Source: Octopus vulgaris
Taxonomy: Eukaryota
DNA length: 62,000 nucleotides
Assembly (NCBI GenBank): GCA_951406725.2
Contig: OX597834.1
Span: forward strand, 40,010,001 to 40,072,000
Direction: 5' to 3'
Shown here: piece after piece, positions 38,520-51,665 of the stretch
Layout: each line of letters begins with the position of its first letter
How positions within the stretch are numbered: the stretch's first letter is position 1
The notes under the pieces: generated by a model
What the model saw: the letters and a program-made list of their open reading frames with translations, nothing else
What the model was told of the DNA's origin: nothing
Database searches by the model: none
Translations under genes and position numbers: made by a program

Positions 38520-39049
38520 CGTGCATGTGCTTGTGTTTGTGTCTGTGTCTGTCTGTGTGTACACACATACAGACACCGCACAGACAGAAGAATTCAGAGT
38601 TTGTAGCAAAAGCTGTGTAATTCCATCATCTGGAAATAATTCTTGGAAAGATTCTCTTTTTACATTTATTAGAAATTCTTTAAAAAAAAAAATGGTAAAG
38701 AGAAATACCAATATATATATATATATACACATATATATACACATATATATATACACATACATATATATACATATATATATACACACACATACATATATAT
38801 ATACACATATATATATACGTGTGTGTGTGTGGAAGACAGACATTAAACGATGATATACATACATACACACCTCCAGATGTAATCAGCCTAAACATCATCA
38901 AGTCTGAATATTTTTTTTTCAGTCTAAGGAAATAAATCTATGATTGTATGCCTCACAGTAACAACACAGTCACACAGTCATGCAGACCACCTACTCATGT
39001 GAATCCGAAAAAAAAAAAAAAAAAGGGAAGAAACAAGAATTTAAGCCAG

Positions 39050-39104
39050 ATATCCTGAGGACTTGGAATATTACATACAATATTGCTCTGAAGAAAGAAT
39101 CAAA
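39050..39104 (+). CDS. Candidate exon YPEDLEYYIQYCSEERIK
   Basis: Protein-like frame and AAA|GTGAAA donor, but a purine-rich, weak acceptor. Confidence 0.2.
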
Positions 39105-39238
39105 GTGAAAATAAAAAAGAAGAATACAGAAACCAAAGAAGAAAACCATTTTTTTTTTTTGATATTTTTCATTCCTTATATGGAAGATTAGGAAATCATT
39201 TTCATGACAATCATTATGTAATATCGTTGAAAAAGAAC

Positions 39239-39274
<36 letters not shown>

Positions 39275-39323
39275 ACAGAAGTTCAATCATGAGATTCTTT
39301 GTAAACTGAAATAATTCTATCCC

Positions 39324-40411
39324 TCAACCGTTTAGAATTCAGATTTCTTTCTGTCAAATGTTTGGCTTATTTATTCCCAATGTTTAAAATTAACCATGCT
39401 TTATCTCGTAGCTTTGAGATTTCGAAGATGTGATTGTTTAGTGTTAGAATGACATTGTAAGATAAAGTATAAGAGTCCAGACCTGGTTGCTTTGAACATA
39501 AAACCACATAGAATATTTGAGCCCTAATAAGGTTACTTTAAATGTTAACCCCTTTAGCATTGTGATTTCTTCCTATCAAAAAGAAATGCTTATTTATTCA
39601 CATCGTTTTGAATTAATCATGCAACATCTCATAACATTGAAATTTTGATTGTTTGGTTTTCAAATGGCATTGTAAGGTAAGCTGTCAGAGGCTAGATCTG
39701 ATCTTGGCTATTATGAAAATAAATTGAATGGAATATTTTGGCCATATATGGCTGGTTTAAATGGTAAAGGCTTGAAGTTGCTAGATGATTCAAAACTGAG
39801 ATTTTCATGTGACATTAGGGGCAGAAAATTAACCATTCATTATTTTTGGGGTTTGAGATTTCGAAGATGTAATTGCTTAGTTTTAGAATGACATTGTAGG
39901 AAAGGTGTGAGAGGCCAGTTTTGTTGTGAGACATAGAATATTTGAGCCTTTTGAGGCTGTTTTAAATGTTAGCCATTTAGCATCCAGATTCCTCTCTCAA
40001 ATGTAAGGTTTATTTATTCATATCGATTTGAATTAATCAGGCATTTTCTCATAACATTGAAATTTTGATTGTTCAGTTTTCAAATGGCATTGTAAGGTAA
40101 GCTGTCAGAGGCTAGATCTGATCTGGCTATTATGAACATAAATTGAATGGGATATTTTGGCCGTATATGGCTGGTTTAAATGGTAAAGGGTTGAAGTTGT
40201 TAGATGATTCAAAACTGGGGTTTTCATGTGAAACTAGGGGTATAAAATTAACCATTCATTATCTTTAAGGTTTGAGATTTCAGTGATGTAACTGTTAACG
40301 TTTAGAATGACATTGCAGGGTAGGTGTGAGAGGCTAGATTTTCATAATTTGAACATAAAACAAATAGAATATTTGGGCAGGATATGATCAGTTAAAATGC
40401 CAATGGGTTAA
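39324..40411. mobile_element. Tandem cluster of about 220-bp MITE-like units with TTAACCCTTTAGCATT-type TIRs
   Basis: TIR-like ends at 39324, 39545, 39759-39776, 39969, 40178-40195 and 40395-40411. Segment 39545-39968 is duplicated at 39969-40411. Confidence 0.8.
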
Positions 40412-40654
40412 GTGAGAATTGATGGTTGCACGGTAACATGAGATGGGTTTCACTAAAAAGGAAGAATTAGAGTGGTATCTGTTAGTTTTTACAAAAAAAT
40501 GTAGCAATAGGGGATGTTTAAACCAGAGAAAATAGTTGGAAGCTGTTGAGAAAGTAAGCTACTACATCTGGTTTGAGAGAGAGGATGAGTGGGGCAGCAA
40601 GAATGGGTACTGAGGATGGTAGAAACATCTGGCCAAGAGTCATTTTTTTTTTTA

Positions 40655-40892
40655 TCATACCTAATGCACCTACTATGATAGGAATTGTTTCTATCTTTAG
40701 ACTCCACATTTGTGTTACCTCTATTTCCAGGTCTTTGTATTTTGAAAGTTCCTCCATTTCTTTTAGAGAAATGTTGTCATCTCTTTGTATTGATACTTCG
40801 ATTAGAAAGCATTTTTTTCTTGATGGTCTCTAATAACTATATCCAGCCTATTGGTCTTAATTTCTCTATATGTATGTATTGGCATATCCCAT
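40655..40892 (-). mobile_element. Non-LTR retrotransposon relic, restriction-like endonuclease (R2/R4/CRE/NeSL-type) domain
   Basis: ILWDMPIH..EIKTNRLDIVIRD..(frameshift in a T-run)..EELSKYKDLEIEVTQMWSLKIETIPIIVGALG matches the PD..D...KY.L..E..W....P...GALG signature. Confidence 0.85.
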
Positions 40893-41086
40893 AGTATATT
40901 ATTATTATTATTATTATTATAGGTGCAGGAGTGGCTGTGTGGTAAGTAGCTTGCTAACCAACCACATGGTTCTGGGTTCAGTCCCACTGCGTGACATCTT
41001 GGGCAAGTGTCTTCTGCTATAGCCCCGGACCGACCAATGCCTTGTGAGTGGATTTGGTAGACAGAAACTGAAAGAAGCCTGTTGTA

Positions 41087-41139
<53 letters not shown>

Positions 41140-41339
41140 TTGTGTCTGTGTTTGTCCCCCTAGCATTGCTTGACAACCGATGCTGCTGTGTTTACGTCCC
41201 CATCACTTAGCGGTTCGGCAAAAGAGACCGATAGAATAAGTACTGGGCTTACAAAGAATAAGTCCCGGGGTCGATTGCTCGACTAAAGGCGGTGCTCCAG
41301 CATGGCCGCAGTCAAATGACTGAAACAAGTAAAAGAGTA

Positions 41340-41682
41340 TTATTATTATTATTATTAGTGGTAGTAGTAGTAGTAGTAGTAGCAGTAGTAAGGCAGCAGT
41401 CATTAGCATGACAGACAAAATGCTTTGCAGCAATTTTTCTGTTTCCTTACATTCTGAATTCAAATTCCACCAAGGATGACTTTGCCTTTCATCCTTCTGG
41501 GGGTTGATAAAGTAAGTACCGGTCACGCACTGGGGTCAATACAATCGACCAGCTCCCTCCCCAAAATTTTCAGGCCTTGCGCCTATTGTAGAAAGGAATC
41601 ATTGCCATTATTACTATTATTATTCATTATTATTCATTATTATTATTATTATTATTCAATAGTATAATAATTATAATAATTA

Positions 41683-41715
<33 letters not shown>

Positions 41716-41904
41716 GTTTAACGTCCGCTTTCCATGCTAGCATGGGTTGGACGGTTCAACTGGGGTCTGGCAAGCCCGAAGGCTGCACCAGGCCAGTCAG
41801 ATCTGGCAGTGTTTCTACAGCTGGATGCCCTTCCTAACGCCAACCACTCCGAGAGTTATTATTATTCAATAGTATAATAATTATAATAATTATTATTATT
41901 ATAA

Positions 41905-41941
<37 letters not shown>

Positions 41942-42074
41942 ATAGTATAATTATTATTATTTTTATTATTATTCAATAGTATAATAGTTATAATTATTAT
42001 TATTATTATAATTATTATTATTATTATTATTATTATTCAATAGTATAATTATTATTATTATTATTCATTAGTAT

Positions 42075-42132
<58 letters not shown>

Positions 42133-42135
42133 GAT
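41340..42135. repeat. (ATT)n-rich field with CAATAGTATAAT sub-units and embedded SINE/LINE pieces
   Basis: Directly visible. Confidence 0.9.
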
Positions 42136-42504
42136 TATTCTTGTTGACATTTTCACAAATACACTACTAAAACTGTGTTTTAGGATTCTGATAATGATGT
42201 GTTAATTCCCAGCAGACTTATTTGCAAAAAGAAAAAAAAAATTCTTTTTAAAAGTTATTTTGACTGCTGGGTGTCTGGAACATTGCACAAGAGATGTATC
42301 AAATAACCAACAAATACATTTGACATTGTGAAATCAATAAAACTTTCTTAATTTGAAAATCAATTAATTGTAAATATAAATATATTCATTATTTAAAAGT
42401 CAAACAGAAGATGATCTTTACAGAAAGAGAAACAGAACCGCTTTTTTCCATTTTTTTTTTTTCTATTTTGGTTCTGTCTCTTGAAATTAAAAATATATAT
42501 TGAT

Positions 42505-42541
<37 letters not shown>

Positions 42542-42702
42542 TGAGTAGGTGTAGGCATGGTTGTGTGGTTAAGAAATTTACTTCTTAACCAACTACATGG
42601 TTCCAAGTTCAGGCCCACGGCATGTCACTTTGGCACATGTCTCCTACAATGATTCCAAGCTAGTCAAGCCTTAAGAATGGATTTGGCAGACAGAAACTGT
42701 AA

Positions 42703-42865
42703 GCCTAAGTGTCGTAAAGCTCTTTACAGTACCAGTTTCTTCCCTCGCACCTCTGAACTTTGGCATTCCCTTCCAAAGTCTTGTTTTCCTCTTCAATATG
42801 TCCCCCTCCAGTCTTTTAAGTCTAATGTACATTGTCACCTATTGACTTCTGTCCAGCATCCATCC
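42703..42865 (+). mobile_element. LINE (CR1/L2/Jockey-like) RT C-terminal relic
   Basis: SFFPRTSELWHSLPKSCFPLQYVPLQSFKSNV matches the SFFPRT..LWNSLP...F...L..FK tail motif. Confidence 0.8.
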
Positions 42866-43258
42866 ATTTTATCCTAGTAGCTCTTACATTTTCAGTGGTC
42901 TAAGGACCTTGTAATGAGCATATATGTTTGTGTGTCTGTGTTTGTCTCCCCAACATTGCTTAACAACTGATGCTGGTGTGTTTACGTCACCGTAACTTAG
43001 CAGTCTGGCAAAAAAACCTAATACAATAAGTACTAGGCTTACAAAGAATAAGTCCTGGGGTCAGTTTGCTCGACTAAAGGCGGTGCTCCAGCATGGCCAC
43101 AGGCAAATGACCGAAACAAGTAAAAGAGTAAAATAGTAAAAGAGATACAGACACACACACACACGTTTGTGTGTATATACACATACATATGTGTATACAT
43201 ATATATATTATGCATATATATATGTATGTGTGTGTGTATGTATTTATATATCTCCCAG

Positions 43259-43363
43259 AATCTGCCTGGCTTTAAAACGTTTACAGCTGACCAAAGCACT
43301 GGCAGTAAATGGGAAGAATCTGCTATCAGAATGTTTTACAGATTGCAGTGTCTCTTGGCAGAG
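43259..43363 (+). CDS. Candidate phase-0 exon NLPGFKTFTADQSTGSKWEESAIRMFYRLQCLLAE
   Basis: TATCTCCCAG acceptor, 105 nt (35 codons) open, GAG|GTACAG donor and protein-like composition. Confidence 0.45.
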
Positions 43364-43713
43364 GTACAGTAACGGTACAGAGTCGGAACAGACTAGAAGC
43401 AGCTACATATGAATATAGATTTATGATTATATTGACCGATACATCTATAATCTCTCAGATTAAATAATTGACAGCAATAAACAGGAATAATTTCCAGGGG
43501 ATTCCATACTAAATCATTCTTTCACAGTTTCAATATTATTGATTCTGTTTTATTCACCAAGGAATTTTATAAAGTAGGAGAATGAGCTTGAGTGACCTTC
43601 ATGGCTTTTACTAGGGTATTACTTGCTAATATGGTGTGAGTAGGGTCAGATGTGGAGTTAATTAACTGACCAGAGGTATGTGTCATTGACTGTTGAGTTA
43701 GAGTTGATTTCAG

Positions 43714-43789
43714 ATGGGGCCTACACAACGAAATGAGCTCAGTGCTAAAAGCCAACAAAGCATTCATGAACAAATGACTGAAAGAGTCT
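43714..43789 (+). CDS. Candidate exon MGPTQRNELSAKSQQSIHEQMTERV
   Basis: TTGATTTCAG acceptor in phase with 43259-43363. The donor is T|GTATGC, or the frame reads through to TAG at 43819. Confidence 0.4.
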
Positions 43790-44849
43790 GTATGCAATTA
43801 TTTGACTGGCTAGATATAATAGCTAAATTTCCCTCAAATCACATCCTTTCATCTTAAAAGAAAATAAAAAAAGATTAAGCAGAGCAGTCTGAATAAAAGA
43901 CGGAATGGTCATATCTGGCATGCACTTAAATCTACTTGACAACAATGGCGTCATCATTACTTATAACAACAGCAACAGCAGTAACAACCTCTTTGCTAGA
44001 AATAACAGCTAAACTTTACTCGCATCATAGCCTATCATCTGAAAATTAGAAGAACACACTGATTAAAGTAGTCCTAGATAGACTATGTGTAAATGATATT
44101 AGAGATGGTCTTAGCTGTTATGACACCGATCAGAATTCAGCTAGATCAGGGCTGGCCAGGGGTTAAGAAAACAACACTCCTCAATTTAACAGTGCTGCTG
44201 AATGTACAAAACCGTGAACCATGTGACCAGTTGGCACTGAGAAGGGTCAAATATCTAAACATGGACACATATAGGTGTGGTTGTGTGGTAAGAAGTTTAC
44301 TTCCCAACCACATGGTTCTAGGTTCAGTCCTACTTTGAGACACCTTGGGCTATAGTCTCAGGCCAACCAAAGCCTTGTGAATGGATTTGGTAGATGGAAA
44401 CTGAAAGAAGTCTGTCATACATATATACAGACTTATACGTACAGACATGACGGACTGTTCCGTCAAAGACAATGTATGACGGTTCAGCTTTTGCTGAATG
44501 ACCTCCACAACTGATTTGTTTATAAGGATCAGATTCTCATGCCACACCTTAGCTCACTCCCTCCATTAAATCAACGTTACCTGGACAGGTGCACAGTGTA
44601 CCATGCATCAGGGGTCGAAGGGATCACAGAGCAACACAAGATGAAGTGTTTTGCTCAAGAACACAACACAATAACCCAGTCTCGGAATTGATCTCACGAT
44701 CTAGCAATTGTGAGTGCAACACCCTAACCACTAGGCCATGTACACTCAATTATATATACTAACACACGCGTATGTGAATATATACATATATATATATATA
44801 TATATTTTTATAATTTATTTATATGCGTATGTGAATATATATATGTATG

Positions 44850-44897
<48 letters not shown>

Positions 44898-44960
44898 GTA
44901 TATGTATGTATGTATATATTATATATATAAATGTATGTATAATATATATATGTATATGTA

Positions 44961-45047
<87 letters not shown>

Positions 45048-45623
45048 TATAGATATATACTATTTACATATATTTATATGTATGTGAGAGAGAGTGTGTG
45101 TGTGTGTCCCCTTGTCTGGACATCATGTGATTGTTGTAAATGATTGTCCCTGTCATACAAGCAGTGTCGGTCATTTCCAATCTTCCATTGAAACATGCTG
45201 ATGGTCAGCGAAAAAATAGTACCTCTGGCTGTAGAAAACCTGCCACAATTAAAACTCCATACAACCCAAACAAGCATAGAAAAGTGAACAGTAAAATGAT
45301 GATGATGATGATGATGCTCCTAGCAGGTGAAAGTTATAAAGAGTGAACTATTTCAAGGGAGATAACTGTGCTGACCCAAAAATTCATTCCAAATACAATT
45401 TCTCAAATAAACTTTGCTGAAAATATTTACATAATGTTCAATAAAAATCTAACCTGGACAAGTCACAGCTGTTATTAACGAGCTTTTATTATTTATTATA
45501 TTGAACAGCAAACAAAACATTTCAGGTATGTTTGTCTGAGTACATATCTATATACGTGTGTGTGTGTGTGTGTATTTATAAACACACACACCTTTATACA
45601 TATACAGGACAAACAGTCATTCA

Positions 45624-45693
<70 letters not shown>

Positions 45694-46287
45694 TATAGGT
45701 TTGGCAATAAACGGAGGGAAATGGAGTTTAAAATATTAATATATATGACTTTCGTGTTTTCTTACTTCAGTTATTATATTAGACTGTGGCCATGCTGGAG
45801 CACCGCTTTCAAAGATGTTCTAAGTCAAATGAATCAATCGAACCCTGTCTTTGTTGTTTTGAGGGTGTAAACAAACCAACACTGGTTGTTAGGGGGGGGG
45901 GACAGACACAAAGACACACACACATATAAATATATGACAGGCTTCTTTCAGTTTCTGTCCACCAAATCCTCTCACAAAGCTTTGGTCATTCCCAATGCTA
46001 CTGTAAAAGACACTTACCCAAGGTGCAACACAGCAGGATTGAACCCAGAACCATGTGGTTGGTAAGCAAGCTTCTTGATACACTGGCAGATGTTACAAAG
46101 TGATTCAAATGCTGTGAGCTTTGGTGCATTGGCACTTATCAAGCCTGATAAATAATTTCAGCAGAATAACTTACACCCACGCACCCACACACATTTATAA
46201 AGGTGTGTGTGTGTGTGTGCATGCATATGTGTATATAAATATGTGTGTGTGTGTATATATATATATGTGTGTGCAAGAGAGATAACT

Positions 46288-47120
46288 GCACTGGTATGGT
46301 CATGTGGTGAGAACGGATGAAGATAGCATTGTGCAAAAGTGCCACACCCTAGCAATTAAGGAAACCTGTAGAAGAGGTAGACCCAGGAAGACCTGGGATG
46401 AAGTGGTGAAGCATGGCCTTCGAACATTAGGCCTCACCGAGGCAATGACTAGTGACCGATGCCTTTGGAAATATGCTGTGCTTGAGAACACCCGGCAAGC
46501 CAAATGAGACCATAACCCGTGGCCTATGCCAGGGGTGTAACCAGCCCACTTATGCATACCTTTCCTTCCTTGGACACTAAACTCTGCTTGCGAAGACCTG
46601 TTGAGGCAAGTAAAATCAAAATCAAATTCGATGACTGGCATCCGTGCTAGTGGAGCACTAAGAACACCATCTGAGCATAATCGTTGTCAGAGCAGCTAAC
46701 TGGCTTCCATGCCGATGGCACATAAAAAGCACCAGCGTTGCCTCACTGGCACGTGAACAAAACATTCAAGCAAGGTGGTTGCCAGTGCCGCTGGACTGGC
46801 TCCCGTGCAGGTGGCACATAAAAAACACCATTTCAGCGTGGCCGTTGCCAGTGCCGCTGGACTGGCTCCCGTGCAGGTGGCACATAAAAAACACCATTTC
46901 AGTGTGGCCGTTGCCAGTACCGCTTGACTGGCCCTCGTGCTGGTGGCATGTAAAAGCACCCACTACACTCTCGGAGTGGTTGGTGTTAGGAAAAGCATCA
47001 AGCTGTAGAAAATCTGCCAGATCAGACTGGAGCCTGGTGCAGCCATCTGGTTCACCAGTCCTCAGTCAAATCGTTCAACCGATGCTAGCATGGAAAGCAG
47101 AGGTTAAATGATGATGATGA
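46288..47120 (+). mobile_element. RTE-clade LINE 3' portion (RT C-terminus, 3' UTR, (GAT)n tail)
   Basis: LHWYGHVVRTDEDS..RRGRPRKTWDEVVK..LGLTEAMTSDR..W..AVL, then a 3' UTR with about 50-bp internal repeats, ending CATGGAAAGCAGAGGTTAAATGATGATG. Confidence 0.9.
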
Positions 47121-47587
47121 TGTATGTATATATATGTGTATGTATGCTCACATGGGTGCTTGTAAATGCATATATTACTACGTATATGCATCTACATGCA
47201 CAGGCATGTGTGTGTTCTATTATTTCTTCTCTAGTTCAAACCAATGGACCGCGACCATACTGAAGCACTACACAGCAGCACAAATAACTAACACATTTAC
47301 TATGACATATATGTACGTGTAGACACATGCGTGTGTGTGTGTGTGTGTGTGTGTACACACATGAGTATGTGTTTGTATATGCGTGAGTGTCGGTGTACTT
47401 TTATTGTTTCACTGGTTCCAATCACTGAACCACGGTCATGCTGGAGCAACCCTTTCAAAGATTTTTAGCCAATAAATTTGCTACTAGAATATATTGTAGT
47501 CTGATGCTTATTGTATTGATCTTCGCTTATTGAACTATGAAGTTGTGTGACATGAAGGAACAAAAGAGAAATAACGAAATAAATGTA

Positions 47588-47633
<46 letters not shown>

Positions 47634-48366
47634 AATAAAAGCACACATACATGTTTGTGTGTATGTGATTGTGTGTATATATATATATATATATATATTT
47701 CTACATACATGTAAGTATACATATGTGTGTGTTGTGTGTATATATGCAGGTGCAGGAGTGGCTGTGTGGTAAGTAGCTTGCTTACCAACCACATTGTTCC
47801 AGGTTCAGTCCCACTGTGTGGTACCTTGGGCAAGTGTCTTCTGCTATAGCCTTGGGCCGACCAAAGCCTTGTGAGTGGATTTGGTAGATGGAAACTGAAA
47901 GAAGGTCATCGTATGTATGTATATGTGTGTGTGTGTGTGTGTGTATGTTTGTCATTTGTCTGTGTTTATCTCCCCAACCTATGTTGGCGTGTTTATGTCC
48001 CCGTCACCTAGCAGTTCGGCAAAAAGAGACTGATAGAATAAGTACTAGGCACACAATGAATAAGTCCTGGGGTCAACTTATTCAACTAAAGGTGGTGCTC
48101 CAGCATAGCCACAGTCAAACGATTGAAACAAGCAAAAGAGTATATATATATATATATATATATATTTATTTCTGTTCCTTTTCTTGTTTTGACTGCGGCC
48201 ATGCTGGAGCACAGCTTTTAGTTGAGCAAATTGACCCCAGGACTTTGTAAGCCTAGTACTTATTCTATCGGTCTCTTTTCACCAAACTGCTAAGTGACAG
48301 GGACATAAACACACCAACATTGGTTGTGATACGATGGTGGGGAGACAAACACAGACACACAAATAT

Positions 48367-48401
<35 letters not shown>

Positions 48402-48919
48402 CGACGGGCTTCTTTCAGTTTCCATCTGCCAAATCCACTCACATGGCTTTGGTCAGCCCAAGGCTATAGTAGAAGACCCTTGCCCAACGTGCCACACAGT
48501 GACACTGAACCCAGTACCATGTGGTTAGTAAGCAAGCTACTAACCGCACAGCCACTCCTGCACCTATATATATATATATATCAAATGGAAATTGTAGTTG
48601 TGATACCTATGCTGGTGGCACGTAAAGAGCACCATCCAGATGTAGCCGATGCCAGTGCCGCCTTGACTGTCTTCTGTGCCAGTGGCACGTAAAAGGCACC
48701 AACCGATCATGGCCTCTGCCAGCCTCCCCTGGCATCTGTGCTGGTGGCACGCAAAAAGCACCCACTACACTCACGGAGTGGTTGGCGTTAGGAAGGGCAT
48801 CCAGCTGTAGAAACACTGCCAGATCAGACTGGAGCCTGGTGCAGCCTCCTGGCTTCCCAGACTCCAGTCAAACCGTCCAACCCATGCTAGCACGGAAAAC
48901 GGATGTTAAACGATGATGA

Positions 48920-49021
<102 letters not shown>

Positions 49022-49623
49022 GCTGTGTATGTGTATGAAAGTTAATGGCTGAGGAAAAAAGAGATAAGTGGAGTAAAAGTAACTATTATACTGAAGAGAA
49101 ACAGCTGTATTTTGATATAAACAGTAGGAGAGTGTGTGTACGTGTAATACATGTGTGTATGTGGGTGTGTGTGCATGTACACACACACGTGTGCGAGTGT
49201 TATTTAGTAGAAGAGTGAATTTCATTAACCAGACACTGTGATAGGAATGATACTCCATGCTTTGTATTGTATGTACACACACACACACACGTGTGTGTAT
49301 GTGTGCATATATATGTGTCTGTATGTATGTGCATATATACATACATACGTATGTATGCATCCATATATATGTATGTGCATATATGTATGAATTTATTATG
49401 TATGTATAGTTGGGTACCTGGGTGAGAGGGTGCATACGTGTATCAAATAGTATACATGTGTGGATGCGTGTGTGTATATATATATTCTTCTATTGGTTTC
49501 AGCTAGAGGTTGTGGTCATGCTGTGGCACAACACTTTAAAAAAATCCTGAAGGTTCCGCTTACAACATCTGGATATGTGAATGGACACCACGTGTATAGA
49601 AATATAAATACATACATACATAC

Positions 49624-49669
<46 letters not shown>

Positions 49670-49964
49670 TTATATATATATACTGTGAAAATTACAAGGG
49701 TTGAAAATTTGAAAGAATTTCATACCAGTGGTTAGCATGTGGCTTGGGTTTGGCTGCCCTCTCTAGTATGTAAGGCATCCTGTCAAGGGTCTTTTCTTTT
49801 GTGTATAAATAATATACACATTATATGGAAGTGTGTGTGTGTGTATGTGTGTATATATATATACATGAAAATATGATACTAAAACCAATAAATTTTCTAA
49901 AAAATACAGCTCTAGACAAATACGAAAGTTCAGACAGCAACACTGCTGTAACAACCCCAATCCT

Positions 49965-50158
49965 TTCTAATTCAGGCAGAGGAAAGGGGCCAGCTGATTA
50001 CATTCACCCCACTAGTTAACTGGTACTTCATCTTATCAACCCAAAAGGATGAAATGCATGACTGACTTGAACTGAATTTGAACACAAAACATTAAAACAG
50101 ACGAAATACTGCTAAACCATTTTGTCCGATATGCTAACAATTCTGCCAGCTCACCGCC

Positions 50159-50198
<40 letters not shown>

Positions 50199-50426
50199 TA
50201 ATAATAATAATGATAATCCTTTCTACTCTAGGCACAAAGCCTGAAATATTGGGGGAGGGTTGAGTTGATTGCATTGACTCCAGTACAGAACTTGTACATA
50301 ATTTATCGACCCCGAAAGGATGAAAGGTAAAGTTGACTCCGGCACAGTTTGAACTCAGAACATAAAACAGATGAAATACCGCTAAGCATTTTGTCCAGCG
50401 TGCTAATGATTCTGCCAGCTCAACAC

Positions 50427-50464
<38 letters not shown>

Positions 50465-50570
50465 GCCTTTCTACTAAAGGCACAAGACCTGAAACTGATG
50501 GGGGTTGGGGACTAGTCAATTACATTGACCCCAGTGCATAACTGGTACTCATTTCATTGACCCTGAAAGG

Positions 50571-50601
<31 letters not shown>

Positions 50602-51020
50602 TAAAACCTGAAATTGGGAGGGGTGAGGGACAAGTCAATTACATCAACCCCAGTGTTTCACTGGTACTTAATTTATCAACCCCGAAAGGATGAAAGGAAA
50701 AGTCGACCTTGGTGGAATTTGAACTCGGAACGTAAAGACGGATGAAAAACAGCCAAGGATTTTGCCTGGCATGCTAACTATTCTGTTAGCTCACCACCCT
50801 AATAATAATAATCCTTTCTACTAAAGGCACAAGGCCTGAAATTTATTGGGTGGGGACTATTCGGTTATATCGACCCCAGTGTTTCACTCATACTCAATTT
50901 AGCGACCCCAAGAGGAAAAAAGGTGCAGTTGATCTTGATAGTATTTGAACTCAGGACGTAAGGACAGGTAAAATGTTGCTATGCATTTTTGTCTGGTGTG
51001 TTACTGATTCCGCCAGCTCG
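49965..51020 (-). repeat. About five head-to-tail SINE copies separated by (AAT)n
   Basis: AGGCACAAG.CCTGAAA..GACCCCAGT..CTGGTAC..GAAAGGATGAAAGG..TTTGAACTC..GCTAAC.ATTCTGCCAGCTC recurs near 49965, 50217, 50464 (partial), 50600 and 50812. Confidence 0.85.
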
Positions 51021-51355
51021 CTTCCTGGCTATAGCAACAGGAATAGCAACAACAACAACAACAACGATGCTAAACAGGGTGCTGCTAATACCAACGAGAC
51101 CTTTATCATGGACCACACTTCAATTCTACCCAGAATAATGAATAACAATATCGTAACAATAAAAACAAACATAACATAATCCCAGTAACACCTTTATAAC
51201 AACAACAGTATCGTAACAATAACAACATCTTAACAACAGTATAACTCCACCTTCCTCGACAACAACAACAACAACAACACCATGATCGCAATAACATCAG
51301 TCATACAACAATAACAACAACAGCAACAACAATCTCTAGCAATAATGAGACTTAC

Positions 51356-51471
51356 CGAAAATTCCTTTTAGTAACTTTTGTATAATGAACATTTTGGTGG
51401 TGGTGGTCGTGGCTGCCACCATATCTTAAGGATCCAAGATGTACTGGATGTCAGACACATTTCACAGAGAA
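51356..51471 (-). CDS. Candidate exon containing a start codon: (MVAATTTTTK)MFIIQKLLKGIF
   Basis: A strong C-rich tract ends in CCCCAG, and the donor G|GTAAGT is perfect. All three frames are closed unless translation starts at an internal ATG. Confidence 0.3.
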
Positions 51472-51624
51472 CTGGGGTGGATGAGGAGCGAGGGAGGGGT
51501 AGACGGGGGGGGGGGAGAAGGTAGACGGGGTAGATGTAGTGGTGGTGGTGGTGGTAGTGCGTCAGCTGAATGGAACAGACTGTGTGGCAGGCAGATACGG
51601 TAGAACAATGATTAAATATGTGTG

Positions 51625-51665
<41 letters not shown>

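Noticed and set aside
43990-44045. MIGYDA after a strong minus-strand acceptor as the ARF MVGLDA motif
   Set aside because: Wrong phase relative to the 51356 exon and no GKT; probably coincidence.
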